Assembly: GCA_043228905.1 (NCBI GenBank)
Contig: JBHGNT010000011.1
Span: forward strand, 21,948,001-22,012,000
Length of the DNA: 64,000 nucleotides
Direction of reading: 5' to 3'
From: Azolla caroliniana
Lineage: Eukaryota > Plantae > Polypodiophyta
The notes beneath the pieces are model-generated. The model was not told the origin of the DNA and did not search any database. It saw nothing but the letters and a program-made list of their open reading frames with translations. Numbering within the stretch: the first letter of the stretch is position 1; each line of letters begins with the position of its first letter. A program made the translations under genes and the position numbers. Shown here piece after piece: positions 25,175-38,187 of this stretch.

Positions 25175-28100
25175 ATGGTCTCTTCCTCTGTGTTAGACAT
25201 AATCCGATGGTCTCTATGTATATCGCTTCTTACAGTGGAAATGATGGCAGCACAGTCTATGGATGAAGGAAACAAAGCTATATTACTGGATTTCCAAAGC
25301 AAAGTTCAGAATGGTGATGAAATGCTTCAATGGAAATCTTCAGACACAGACCCCTGTTCTTCATGGAACGGAATAAAATGCACAGGAGCCTTTGTATCGT
25401 CCATAAACTTGGCGAACCAAGGATTAATGGGTTCTCTAACATCTGAACTCAACCAGCTTTCTTCCCTTACTACCATAGCTCTGCAGAGCAATGGCTTCAC
25501 AGGACCTCTGCCGTCACTAAATGGCCTTAAAAATCTTCAATCTTGCTACCTGGATAACAATGATTTTGATACGATACCGGCTGATTTCTTCGATAATCTA
25601 CCCAATCTTCTTTTCCTCTCGCTCAATGGAAACTCAAGGCTCAATTCTTCGACAAATGGATGGGTTCTTCCCACAAGTCTAGAGACCTCTGTTCTCCTCA
25701 CAAATCTCTCTCTCACCAACACTAGCCTAAGGGGCACAATCCCGCCTTTCCTAGGCAATTTGGGTGCTTTAAATACCCTTCGCCTCGCATATAATAAGCT
25801 CGGTGGCTCAATTCCTACCTCTTTTAGCTCATCTAATCTGCAGGTTTTTCAAGCCAACAACCAGTTAGGTCCATTTCTCTCTGGTTCTCTTGAACCCAGT
25901 GTAGGAAATATGAAGTCACTAAGACAACTATGGCTTCATCAAAACCAAATCTCAGGTATTCTACCTCCAGACCTATCTACTAACTCTATATCTCTCACGG
26001 ATCTAAGACTAAATGGTAACCAACTAGTTGGCCCTATACCGGAATCATACACTAAGTTACCCTTAGTTGTATTTGCCGTTGAGAATAATCGGCTTGATGG
26101 TCCAATCCCGAACTTTGGCCAAACCATGTTCACATTTGAAAATAACTTGTTTTGCCGAAACGAGATTGGAGTCCCATGTGCTCCTCAAGTGGATATATTG
26201 CTTGATTTCCTTGCCTCCATAGAATACCCTTCTGGGTTAGTGGCATCATGGAGTGATAATGATCCTTGTGAAGGTTCTTGGGTCGGAATTGATTGTGATT
26301 CAAGTGGAAATGTGGTTGTTTTAAGCCTATCTAATGCCAACCTCTCTGGTTTTATCAGCCCTCGGATTGGAGAGCTCAGCTCTCTCACTACTTTGAAGCT
26401 TAATAATAACAAATTGAGTGGTACTATACCTTCTACCCTTGCCAATCTCACCTCCTTGAAGGTCATCGATGTAAGCTATAACAACCTTACTGGACCTATT
26501 CCGGCATTTTCTAGCAATCTAGATCTCGACACTACGGGTAACCCTTTCATCAATGTGAATACCACATCATCGTTATCTGACATTGCGCCTGGAAGCACAG
26601 GTACAAGTGGCAATTCGGTGGGGGTGGTGTCGAAGCGGCGACCACCAAATGTTGTTCTCATTGTCGTCACTTCTCTCATAGTCAGTATCAGTGCAATTCT
26701 CACAATCTTGTTCTTTGTAAGATACCGAAAACATCGTTATTCGGAGTTCAAAAAGTCAAAAAAGAATTCATTCACTGTACTCAATTCTGTTGCCAAACCT
26801 GATCCACCTCCGAATCAATCTATTGTCACAGTTGGGTTGGAAAAAGGTGGCTTAGGATTCGCACTTTCATTCAGAACTGTGCAAATGGCGACTGATAACT
26901 TTAGTCCGGAGAATTTTTTGGGCAAGGGGGGTTTTGGTTCTGTGTACAAAGGCTATCTTGAAGATGGCACAATCATCGCAGTGAAGAGAATGGAAGCTTC
27001 CGTGATGTCTCAACAAGGATTGAAGGAGTTCGAGTCCGAACTCAACCTATTATCAAAGCTGCGACATAGGCATTTGGTCTCGATATTAGGATATTGTGTC
27101 GAGGGAGATGAGAAGGTACTAGTGTATGAGTACATGTGTGGTGGACCATTGAGCCAACATCTTTTTGAGTTCTCTCGATATGGTATGGAGCCTCTAAGTT
27201 GGAGAAATCGGTTATCAGTGGCATTGGATGTGGCTAGAGGATTGGAGTATCTTCATGGGCTTGCTCAAAATAGCTTTATCCACAGGGATTTGAAGCCCTC
27301 TAACATACTGTTGGATGCAAACGTTAGGGCAAAGATTTCAGACTTTGGATTCGTGAGGTTGGTGCCCGAAGGAGAGCGACAATCGATACAAACCATGGTA
27401 GCAGGGACGTTTGGTTATCTCGCGCCGGAATATGCACGTAAGTCAGTTAATTTGGTACGATGTACACATAATGTTCAGAGTGAACGGGCATAAGAACCTG
27501 ACATGGGGTTATGTGGCCCTTCACATTAACCATGAAATGTAGGTCTATGTCTTGACCATAGTTATCTAATGGGTCCAACCACTAACCTATGTTTCAATGT
27601 CTAACTGATGGATTCCAAAGGGTTATGGGTATTGTATACTTAAAACTTAAACATTAGTCTCTTTTTATGCTTAAGATAGTTTTCTGAACATTCATGTAAC
27701 CACAAAACCCTAAGTATATGTCCAAGCTATAGTCGTTGAGGTTTTCAAGCTTAGATCTTTAACCATGAAACCATATATAGCCATTATCTACAGTATGTCT
27801 AACAGCGTGGACAATGGCCGTTCATAAACTTGAGTCTTATCAACTCCTAGGATTATGCATATGCCCATAACATGTTAATGGTTGCCATGCCCAAAATGTT
27901 TTGGCCCTTTCTCTAACCTTGAAACCTTAGGTTTATGTTGTGACCATAGCCATCTAGACAGTTTTTCAAACCAAGTGACCATCAATGAACCCATGGGTCA
28001 ATCTCGAACCAATGGACTAACTTCTGAGGGTTATGACTCTGCTTATAATACACATTAATGTGTTTCTTGCTATGATACGGTGGTACCTTTATATACCATG

Positions 28101-28677
28101 AATCCTTTCTACCTTCATGTCTATACGCTATATCTTTTCTCTGACATCAATCTCTGGTTTATTTCACTAATAATGGTTATGTTTATGTTCCTTGTTCCTG
28201 ACAGTTACTGGTCATATAACTACCAAAGGAGATGTATTCAGCTTTGGTGTCGTGTTGATGGAGCTTATCACGGGTCGAAGAGCTTTGGATGACCGATTCT
28301 TGGAAGGGAGATTTCAATTAGTCCCATGGTTTCGACGTGCGATATGCAAAACTGACAAGCTTTTAGAAGCTATAGACCCCATCATTGTTACCATGATGGT
28401 TGAGAATGATAACATGAAACAAAGTTTGTATATCGTAGCAGAGCTTGCTGGGCATTGCACAAATAGAGAAGCATCCGCAAGGCCAGACATGAGCCATGTT
28501 GTCAATATTTTGGCTCCTTTAGTTCAAGTGTGGAAGCCATGTGATGATAACCTTAACGATGCAAGTGAGGCTGAAATGACTGCTGAAGAGGTGAGAAGGA
28601 AGTTATTGTCTTGGGAATATGATAGCACAACGAGCATGACCAGCTTGAATGGTACAAGTAACCATGTTGGTTATTGA
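25175..28677 (+). CDS. TMK: TMK-family LRR receptor-like kinase (LRR-IX). Exons 25175-27437 and 28205-28677
   Basis: Signal peptide, two LRR blocks split by a Cys-containing island (CAPQVDILLDFL..WSDNDPC), TM helix, GKGGFGSVYKG, IAVKRME, HRDLKPSNILL, DFG, GTFGYLAPEYA|LTGHITTKGDVFSFG, AELAGHC. Single intron after APEYA. Confidence 0.95.
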
Positions 28678-30851
28678 AAATTGCAAAAAAGCCTCACTAA
28701 ATGGTGTTGTGCACATAATGTAGGACATTAGGGGAGATTGTGTGTAAAAAATTGTTTTATACGTGGATTCATTGAAGGATAGGGTATAATACCTTATGAA
28801 GTTTTGTATCATGTAAGTCGACTGATTATATCTCATCTTCGTGAGTCTTTGAAGAGATCATATGCACATGTAATTCAAAAAAGAACAATTAATATGTGCT
28901 TGATGAAAAGGTAATTGATTTCTTGATGTTAACACGAGGATTAGCTTATCATGGTTGATGATGGCAACCATATTCAAATCTATGATATAAATTTACATCC
29001 TCAAAATAGGCCACATACACTATGCATGCACACAATTTACATCAAAATAGGCCACATACACTATCCTCAAAATGGTGTTGTGGACAACATTGATCTTTGT
29101 AATGGTTAGTAGATTCATTCAGTATGCATGCACATGATAGGTTCTATAACCACATGCTCAGGGCTTTAATGAGTTACAAAAAGATCATGCCCTCAACACT
29201 CACTGCTTCACTCTGCAACTGTAGAAGGCAGAACTACACTCCAACATGCCTTTAGCCTCTCCTTGATTTTCTCTCTATTACTTCTCATGGAACTCCATTT
29301 TTAACATCTCGCGTGGGTCAAATTTGGTCTTAGAAGCCTAGTCAGTTTGTAGTCCCTTACCATTTGTACGTTTAGATGCATTTTCTAGGCCCTTGGTTGG
29401 AGTCTGGGCACTCCTCATTCCACTGCAACTGCTTTCCATCGGTGTATGCAATGACTCAAATGCATACCTTTTTCTTCCACTTCCTTGAGTTCAGCATTTT
29501 ATTGGTCAGCTGTGTCTTATTTCCTCCCTACAGGACTTGTGCCTTTTGATGGCTTTTGATTTTATGTGCAACTTTTGGCACATCTGAGTTATTCTCTAAC
29601 TTTGCATATCTTATGTCACATGCTTTAGGTTTGGCTTTGATATGGCTGGTTTGAGCTGATGGCTACTTATGGTTAGCCATTGCACATATTTGCCCTGGAT
29701 TGATACTTAATTCTGACAAAATTGTTTCTCCTTCTGGTCCCAGTTATAGAAGAGTCTTGCCACACGTTTTCATGATTCTTTTTATGGTTCTGTTTATGAT
29801 CCTTTGGCTCAGAGAGCTACCGCCCCGCAGATTGAGGCAATCAGACCGGCATCCAGAGCTTCTCGCCTACGTTGCTTGGCTGTGCCAGGATTGTACACAG
29901 GGTGCTTATTTATATCGCTTTCATAAAAATGGTTATGTTTCTGCTTCCTTTGGACGGACGTCTAGTTCCTGCGATTTCACTTTGCGTAGCAGGTAGAGTG
30001 GACCCTCACTTTCTCCTCCTCCCGTGTCATGTTTCTCATCACGAATATAAGATATAACGTTCAAAAAACATAATAGTGTTATCTATATATTTTGCCTAAC
30101 CTCCCAGGACAGAACATGAAACAAATATCTCCTGTGTAGTCTCCCTCTCTCTTAAGCACTTTGGAGAATTTATATATCTAAGTTGTATGCCTTTGCCTCA
30201 TTGTATTTACTATTATGTCAAGCATTCGCTTGTGCAATCCCCTCATATTATATAAATATTGGTTCCATTCAACTCAGTTGGCTTTTTCTTGCACATCTGC
30301 AACTTTAGTACTACAACTTTAGTACTCCTAGGTGCTATAGAGTTCTTGCTTCCACCCTATCAAATTCAATAACTAGCTCTTATCTTATTGATCGAGAATT
30401 CACTTCGAAACGACAAATCTTGTAGAATAATCTCCCTAATTTAGCTTATATACATGTCATTGATCAATGTCCTATAGCACTAGGAGATATTGTTGAAGTG
30501 TTGGTGCTACAAAGGAGTTTGTGTGGTTACTAGTGATTTCCACTCTAGTTTGGTTTGAACCTCTTAATTTTGAGATTGATTAGAGAAAGTGAACAATTGG
30601 AAAAATCCCACTAATCCCTCCTTATTTCAAAGCCATATTCGGAGTGTCATCAAATGAGGACAATCTTACAAAAAGAGGGATAAAAGAGGACATTTTTATA
30701 ATTCTAATGCTAATAACTCAGTGCCCCCAAGACGCTATTGCAATGTTAATCTTGCGTCCACATTGTCTAGTTCATCAATCAAGGATTACAATAGGTAGTA
30801 TTGCATTTTTGTAGGACATGATCATGTTTGATTGTGCCTCAATGTCGCAAG

Positions 30852-31282
30852 TAGCAATGGGCGCGGTTCAGTTCGGTTTCTTGGCCGTGAAACCAAACCA
30901 AACCATTTATTTATATTAAAAACCAAAGCAAATTGTTTAAATTTTATGAAGCCATTTAAACCAAACCATTTAAATTTAGAACCAAACCAAATCGGTTTAT
31001 CATAAATCAAAACCAAACCAAATTTATAAACCAAACCACATAAGTTGAAACCGCTAAACCGTGAAATTCAAAACCAAACCAAACTGAAACCGAAAAGCCG
31101 CTAAACCGCTAAACCGCTAAACCGCTAAACCATGAAATTCAAAACCGAACCGAACTGAAACCAAATTGGATCATATTATTTGAAACCAAAACCAAGCGGT
31201 TTATTTATCTTTAAGCCAATAAACCGCTAAGCCATGGCTTAACGGTTCGGTTCGTTTTGAGCCGAAACCGTGCTCATTACTA
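30852..31282. mobile_element. Non-autonomous hAT element (MITE), second family
   Basis: Imperfect TIRs TAGCAATGGGCGCGGTT and AACCGTGCTCATTACTA. Perfect 8-bp TSD GTCGCAAG (30844-30851, 31283-31290). Internal AAACC and AAACCGCT repeats. Confidence 0.92.
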
Positions 31283-32844
31283 GTCGCAAGTCCCAGTCTC
31301 CCCTATATGACCTCAAGTTTCCCTTACAAAGATTGAGTATACATGTTGAGTGCTCAAATTCGACTAGTAACTCCTTATGGCCTATCTGTTGTATATTGTT
31401 TATTATTGGCATTGTGCTTTCCAGTACATGATTAGGCATAAGTGAGTCATTTGATAGTCAATAACTATTATTCGAAGATAGACATCACAACAACCTACAA
31501 TAGACAACACTTAGCGACCAGGACAAAGTTGATTTCCATTTAGCAACAAAAGGTAATAGATGGCATGTTAATGATTCTTCACTTAACCTCAACTATTGAT
31601 AATTCGTGTTACTTGCCCTTAGAGGTGTTGCTTGGTGATGACCACAAATTTGTGACTGCATACTTCACTCATTCCCAACAACATCGTGTTAGGTGGTCTT
31701 ATCTTCGAGAGACAAATTGCATTCTATTGTTTCAACCCACAATACAACACCAATACTCCTATGTCGAATGTTGGACTATGATGAGATATGGACCTTGACA
31801 TCAAGCACCTCCTTGAGTGCATTGTAAGATCTGTTGTTGACATAAAACTGAGAAACTAATTTAAACTCAATAGTCCTTACATGAACATATTTTGGACCAA
31901 ACTCCCAAACATCCCACTCTCAGCACTACCCCCCCGCCACCACCAATCCACAATGAGGATGTTGAAATCATGGAGAAGCCCATTATTGGCAAGTTAACCT
32001 CCACCAACATGAACATGACCCAAATCATTGAGTTCCTCCTCTTACGTGAAGGCCAAGTTGATGATTAGTACAACGAACTCCAAACATGGCATTTTTGTAG
32101 CTTCGATACTCCTTGAACATATTTCCTACGTTCGTATGACAAGAAATTTTCGTGACAGAAACACATTATTAGCTCTACGTAGGTTGCATGGAACCATCTA
32201 ACAACCGCTAAGCTCTTGTGGGAAGCTATGATATTAGATTTATCTACACATATGATAGCTCATAGATTTCAACTAATCCAAAACATGTTCCACACTCACA
32301 AACATGGATAAGGAGGGTGAAGTAACGCATGAGAGGACAAAGATTAGGTCATCATGGTGACATTTACTTAATAATAGAAGTATTCCACTCAAACTTCCGC
32401 ATTCCCATGGCATAAAGTGCTCTCCTTAATGTTTTATAGGTACCATCATCTCCTAGAGAGTATTGTATATTCACAACTATTATGTTGGCTTCGAAACTAG
32501 AGATCGGTGTTATCGAGGTCATTCATCGTCTTATGAGCCCCATTGTAATGCCACGAGACCATCGCTATTCTGGACTCCATAATCTGCGCAAATAGACTAG
32601 TAGGCACAACCGATTATGATACTGCAGGCCATTGCTGCTCTTATCGTCCCGACTATAGAGAAATCATAGAGAAATGGTGTCTTCGGAAATAAAATTTTGA
32701 GATGCTGCTACCGATGACAAATCTATTACATATAAAGACACTCCAACTGCTCTCTTCCTTCATACCTTTTTCAACCTACAATAAGTGTGTTTAGGTTGTG
32801 AAGTTAGTAAACCACTAACATGACAAATTAGTTTTGTTGTTTCA

Positions 32845-33050
32845 CCTAGCATGATTGTAACTTATCTGTCAAAAGTATAATTACATGTGTTACTTGATCA
32901 TTATATGTCTAGTCCAAACACCAATTGCTCTCATAACCAGTCAATCCTAGCATGATTGTAACTTATCTGTCAAAAGTATAATTACATGTGCTACTTGATC
33001 ATTATATGTCTAGTCCAAACACCAATTGCTCTCATAACCAGTCAATCCTA
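32845..33050. repeat. Near-perfect 101-bp tandem duplication
   Basis: CCTAGCATGATTGTAACTT...CCAGTCAAT occurs twice with one visible mismatch. Confidence 0.9.
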
Positions 33051-35525
33051 AATTGTATACACTATAGTTTGTTTTGTCCCCACCAACCTTTTTCAATGTA
33101 GGTGACAACAATGTCACATTACAACGCAAAACACTTAATGTAGACCAATGGCGAAGGAAACTCTAATCATAACACCTAAAAGGTACTTAATAACCAAATC
33201 CTTAGACATGCTTGTTGCTGAAATTTGTTCAGTTGGTGTTCTGAGATGGTTAGGATGTGTACTAAATGTCCAATGGGTGTGTCAACAGCCACAAGGGGTG
33301 TAGGAGAGGGGTAAAACTTGAAGAATAGGAGTCCTGATCATAATTAAGAGGAGCAACAAGAACATCGACACCATCTCACAACTCTTCATAGCTTACATAT
33401 CCCTGATCACTTAGGATTGTGTCAAATGACATGCTATATTGCAATTCATCAAAAATCGCAAGCAAAACTATATTTTCTGTTCATGTTTCATTGCACAAAC
33501 ACATTACAATGATATGACGAAAAACCTATAATGACATCTACAATCTCTATAAAAAGAGACTTTATAAGAGTCTGACATGCTGGAGCATCAAATTAGTTTA
33601 AACAATTTATAGTAGACATTCGAACACCTAAATTTGAATGTTTATCTTCACTTCATGAGATTGCACGGGCACAAATAAATAAAACCCTAAAATCTAAATC
33701 CAATGGTAATCGCAGTTTGTTAGTCTTCATCAACAAGAAGTTCATGGCTTAATTATATATTGTGTATCATTGCACATGATGAATTAATCACATATTGTGC
33801 ACTATATATGTAACAATTGAATTAGTATATGGAAACACCAATGCATCACCTTTATCATCCTCAGCGTAAGGGACTTGGATAGGATTGTCAAAGTCTTTAG
33901 GTAAGTATGTCACTTATTTCATGGGGCCGTCATCCAAACGTCATATATCACAGGCTTATCAAGTTAACTTGGATATAGAGTGTTTACAAAATACTTCACC
34001 ATCAATTATTTTTGGGGTAATCCACGTGAGAAAACCTGTGTAGTCAGTAGAAGTGTTGTTTGTCATATGGCATTCATAATCGTAAGCAGCTATAAAAACT
34101 TGAAATCCAATGACGGTATGCTACCTCATATTCTATACACTTAAGTTACAAACAGAGCCTAAAGAAACAGAAGGACCTGTGAATCGCCTCCATTAGAACC
34201 TAGCAACGCTGACCAGTTTTTCCCAATTCATGTCCTGGTAATAGTCAGCGAAGCCAACAGTTGTCCCACATGTCGTGTTCATAATGGTAACCTGTAATGG
34301 TGTTTGTAAACACGATCTTTTAGAGGGGTGCATACCTCATATTATATAGTCTCAAGGTACAACCAACCACACTCCTTAAAACAATGGAATGACCTCAATT
34401 AACACTAACAACGTTGAGGGTTGTGTTCCGATTAATCTAACCAAGCAAAGAAAGTTCAATTGCTAGAATCCAAGCAATAAGATCTTGGGGATTTCTATGT
34501 TCAGTGGAATGACAAGAGTGATGAAGAGAGCCAATTAAAGTTGGAAGTTTAAAATATTGCAGGGAATACAGAAGGTGAAACCAATAATTAACATTGGGGA
34601 CATATATTCATAGCCAATTAGGATGAGTGACCAATGAACTAAGGCTAGGAATTGATGTTGGAGATGGGGGCTGACAGCTGCAGTGAATATCACTTAAAGA
34701 AACAGAAGATAGGTATAAACATGAAATAACAAGGACATGGGTGTATACAGAAGAATGCGCAAGTTTGGAAGGGTGGAAGTCTCTACGTAGAAGTAGGCAC
34801 ATGTCGAATTCCAAAATTCAGACTAATTGTAACATACCTTTCCTTCTCAAGCTTAGAACTGATATAGATTCAATCCTTTGATCACTATTATGCAGTAAAC
34901 CAGGCTTTGGTCATTATTGTGTAGTACAAAATGCCACAAACTTGAATGGATGATTCTGGAATTCTCTAGATTATTAGCATACACTCTATGTTTTAAGGCT
35001 TTGTTGACACAATGTCAATTCTTCTCTAAAACCTCACTTTGACACATGCATGCAGCGTTCCCAATATGTAAACAGAACACTCTCCTGGGAAAAAATTTCA
35101 CCAGTCATCTTTAACTGCCGTTAACGAGCAAGGCAAGAATGACGAATTCAATTCGTGAATTTGGTCATTGTTTGGGTGCACTTTGAAGCGGGAGAAGGTT
35201 TAAGGATAGTGATGTATCTACTAACCTGGAGAGAGGAGAGGCCCAATTGGGGTAAACAGGTTGGCATAAAAGAAGGTGAAAAATGGAGCTGTTAGGAATA
35301 TTGGGGGGTTGCGGGCGGGCGGCAAGGTAGTCCCGGCAGGTGCTCAATATGGCTGGTCTCCTTGTCTACCATCCATACATGCAATCAAAATAAGAGATAA
35401 TCTACTGAAACCAGATAGTAAAGGCAAACGTATAAATATCATGATGGACGGAACCTCGAGGGTGTCCATGACCATGGGAAATCTCCCGGACAAAGAAGTG
35501 AAGTGTTTGAGAGAGACAGAGAGTA

Positions 35526-35526
<1 letters not shown>

Positions 35527-35576
<50 letters not shown>
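35527..35576. repeat. (GT)n(GA)n compound microsatellite
   Basis: Read directly from sequence. Confidence 0.9.
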
Positions 35577-35578
<2 letters not shown>

Positions 35579-36231
35579 CCAACAATAAGAATGTGTTATT
35601 TATTAGCCATGTGTCTTGTCAGAGGCAAACCCATTGTTTGAAAATATGAAAGCACTTGGTTTTGTGGGTGTTTTAGTAATCATGATATCCGAGGTTTCAG
35701 CTCTACTCTATACTGCTGCTGGATATTTGAATTTATTCATGATCTTCCTTTACTTCTTTTCTTGGGTTTTGAATCTTGCCCTTCTGTTCAGCCGCAGAAG
35801 AAGAAGAAGAAGAAGAAGAAGTTATCATGAAGTTCCTTGTAACTTTACCCCGTATTCAGACCTTCCCCCCCCCCACCTCCCTTCTTTCTTGCCTTCCACC
35901 ACCTTACACATTATTTAACCTCACATCACGTAATAATAATAGACACACATGATACGATGATCCCACAATACATATATATATATATATACCTTGCTCTGAC
36001 TGATATGATGATTCATAAATATCCTTCTTATATTATGTTTAACTACAATTTTAACTTCAATTCACTACTAATCTTGTAACTAATTACCAATTTACATGGT
36101 GGCTGACTCGCTTAATCCCAGGCAGTGTGCATTTAGTGATGATTGGTTAGCTGAACTCAACTACGCCATTATTTTATTTAGCTCGCCAAACATCATAAAT
36201 CCACCTACGATCAGTCATACCATTCAAAATC

Positions 36232-37492
36232 TCATAACTGAGTTGAATGATTTGCATGCGTAGCTCCACCCGTGCCTCCACCATAATTGATACCTGCTAA
36301 ATCGATAAGCCCGCTCGAGCTCGTATGATAATTATTAGTCGCGATGTTAAGATGATTACTTGGGATATTGATTCGTCCGCCTAATTGAAGTTCAGCTAGA
36401 GTGTTCGCATTGATCGTGGAGCTAGGGAAGAGCTGATAGTTAGTATTAGGATTAGTGATAGAATTATTACTACTGTGATTATGTTTCTCTAGAAGTAGCT
36501 GGGACGAGGATAGTGGATTGTTGTTGTTGGTATTGCTGTTGTTGTGGTTGATTGAATGATTTATATTAACCGGACCCTCATCATGGAGTAAGCCGGTGAA
36601 GATTCTGCCTCCAATTCGTACTACAGTTCGATAAGCAAATTCGTCTAATGGGCTATTATTAGTGTTGCTTGTATTATAATGATGGTTTAAATCATCCTCG
36701 TGTATCCCTCTGACGCGAACACATTGAAACAATGCTTGTGCTTTCACTTCCGATGGTAACTGCACTGATCTGGGCCGCACAATATTCATTCCTTGGTGAT
36801 GATGATCTGCAGCGGTCGATCACTTACTTACACTCAATCTCTCTCTCATAATTAACGAATAGGCTATTTAATATTATACGGCATCTATCTAAATATATAT
36901 ACTTACCAGAAGGTACTTGTCGGTGCCGCATCATACTTCCACTGAGGAAATTGTCGGTGTTCACAGTATGGTGCGCTGGGCTGCCGCCGGAAGCCGTAGA
37001 ATTAGTTGTAGTCATATTGTGATTAGCATGATTGTTGTAAGAGACGTCCATACTATACTGTCCACTAGGATGGGCGGACAACAGATGGGCGGCAGGACCG
37101 CCGGGCACTGACGCTCCTCCTGTCGCCGCCGCCACCATGGCCAAGGTCCGTGCCCGCTTTGATCGAGGTACGGGCTGGCCCGACATGAGCGCCGCCAGCT
37201 CCGCCTGCTGCCGCTCCCGCCTCTTGGCGGCTGGGACCCACGTGCTACGCACATGCGTCTGGCAATCGAAGCCACGGCTCTTACAGCATGTGCGGCACCT
37301 GGTGTAAATGCAATCCTTCTTGGCTTGGTTCCCGCAATCCTGGCATGCAATCGTGCTCGCGGATCCGCCACTACTTGACCGCTGCCGCAGATTCAGATTA
37401 TTGGAAGAGGGTTGCATGCTAGCTGTGTCCATGTTATGCTGATGATGCTGGTGACCTAGCTGTTGTACAGAAGAATGGTTAATGTTTTCGGG

Positions 37493-37524
<32 letters not shown>

Positions 37525-37882
37525 TACTCCGATCTTTGTCGGGATGTCCGGCCACATCCGCCTGGGCTTTGGATGTTAATCCTCTGCTTCTCAGGTCTAT
37601 ACTCATAGCCCACTGTGGCTGATCTCCCCCGCCGCCGATGCCCTCTTCTGCATCACCCCTCATGGTTCTATGCACCGCATCAGTTATGGCGGCCGCCGCG
37701 CCGGATGCGGATGTGTTCATGGTACTAGTGAATTTCCTTATCCGAGCGTTCTCTCCTCCTCCATGCTCGTCGTGATGATGGCGGTTATTCATGACAGTCG
37801 TTGTGTTGACCTCGCGGGCGGGGCTGCAGCTGGTACTAGTAGATTGATTATTATTGTTGTTGTTGTTGTTAGTGAAACTCAT
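36232..37882 (-). CDS. SHI: SHI/STY (SRS/LRP1-family) zinc-finger transcription factor. Exons 37882-36907 and 36806-36232; the true start may lie upstream, as the frame is open to 38386
   Basis: [50 protein letters not shown]-like domain. C-terminal [36 protein letters not shown] (IGGH domain). GT-AG intron 36906-36807, phase 1. Confidence 0.93.
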
Positions 37883-38187
37883 GAAAGGAGTCGACCTGCC
37901 GCCATTGGTGGTGGAGGAGGGCGAGCTCTCACCTCTGGCAGTTGCAGTGACGGCCGGAGCCGCGGCAGCCTGATTGCTGCTAAATCGGTGGCCGTAAAAG
38001 CTGAAGAAGGCGGAATTGGAGACGCTGTTACTGGGATTAAGCTGTGCGCAGGATGCGATCTGCTGATCGGAGGGATGAGACTCGTTCTGGAAGGAGAAGG
38101 CCGGGGGGTATCCAGAGGTGATAGGCCGATCTGTCCAAGTAGTCCCGCCGGCCGCAGGGTTGTCGGCAGAATTGGTGGCAGTGCCAT
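37879..38187 (-). promoter_or_regulatory. Putative uORF (102 aa) whose stop overlaps the first in-frame SHI ATG
   Basis: ATG at 38187 (tcaATGg). TGA at 37881-37879 overlaps ATG at 37882-37880 (ATGA). Confidence 0.4.

Noticed and set aside
27438-27493. TMK ending at 27493 as a truncated kinase
   Set aside because: Read-through into the intron. The donor at 27438 splices to exon 2, completing the kinase domain.
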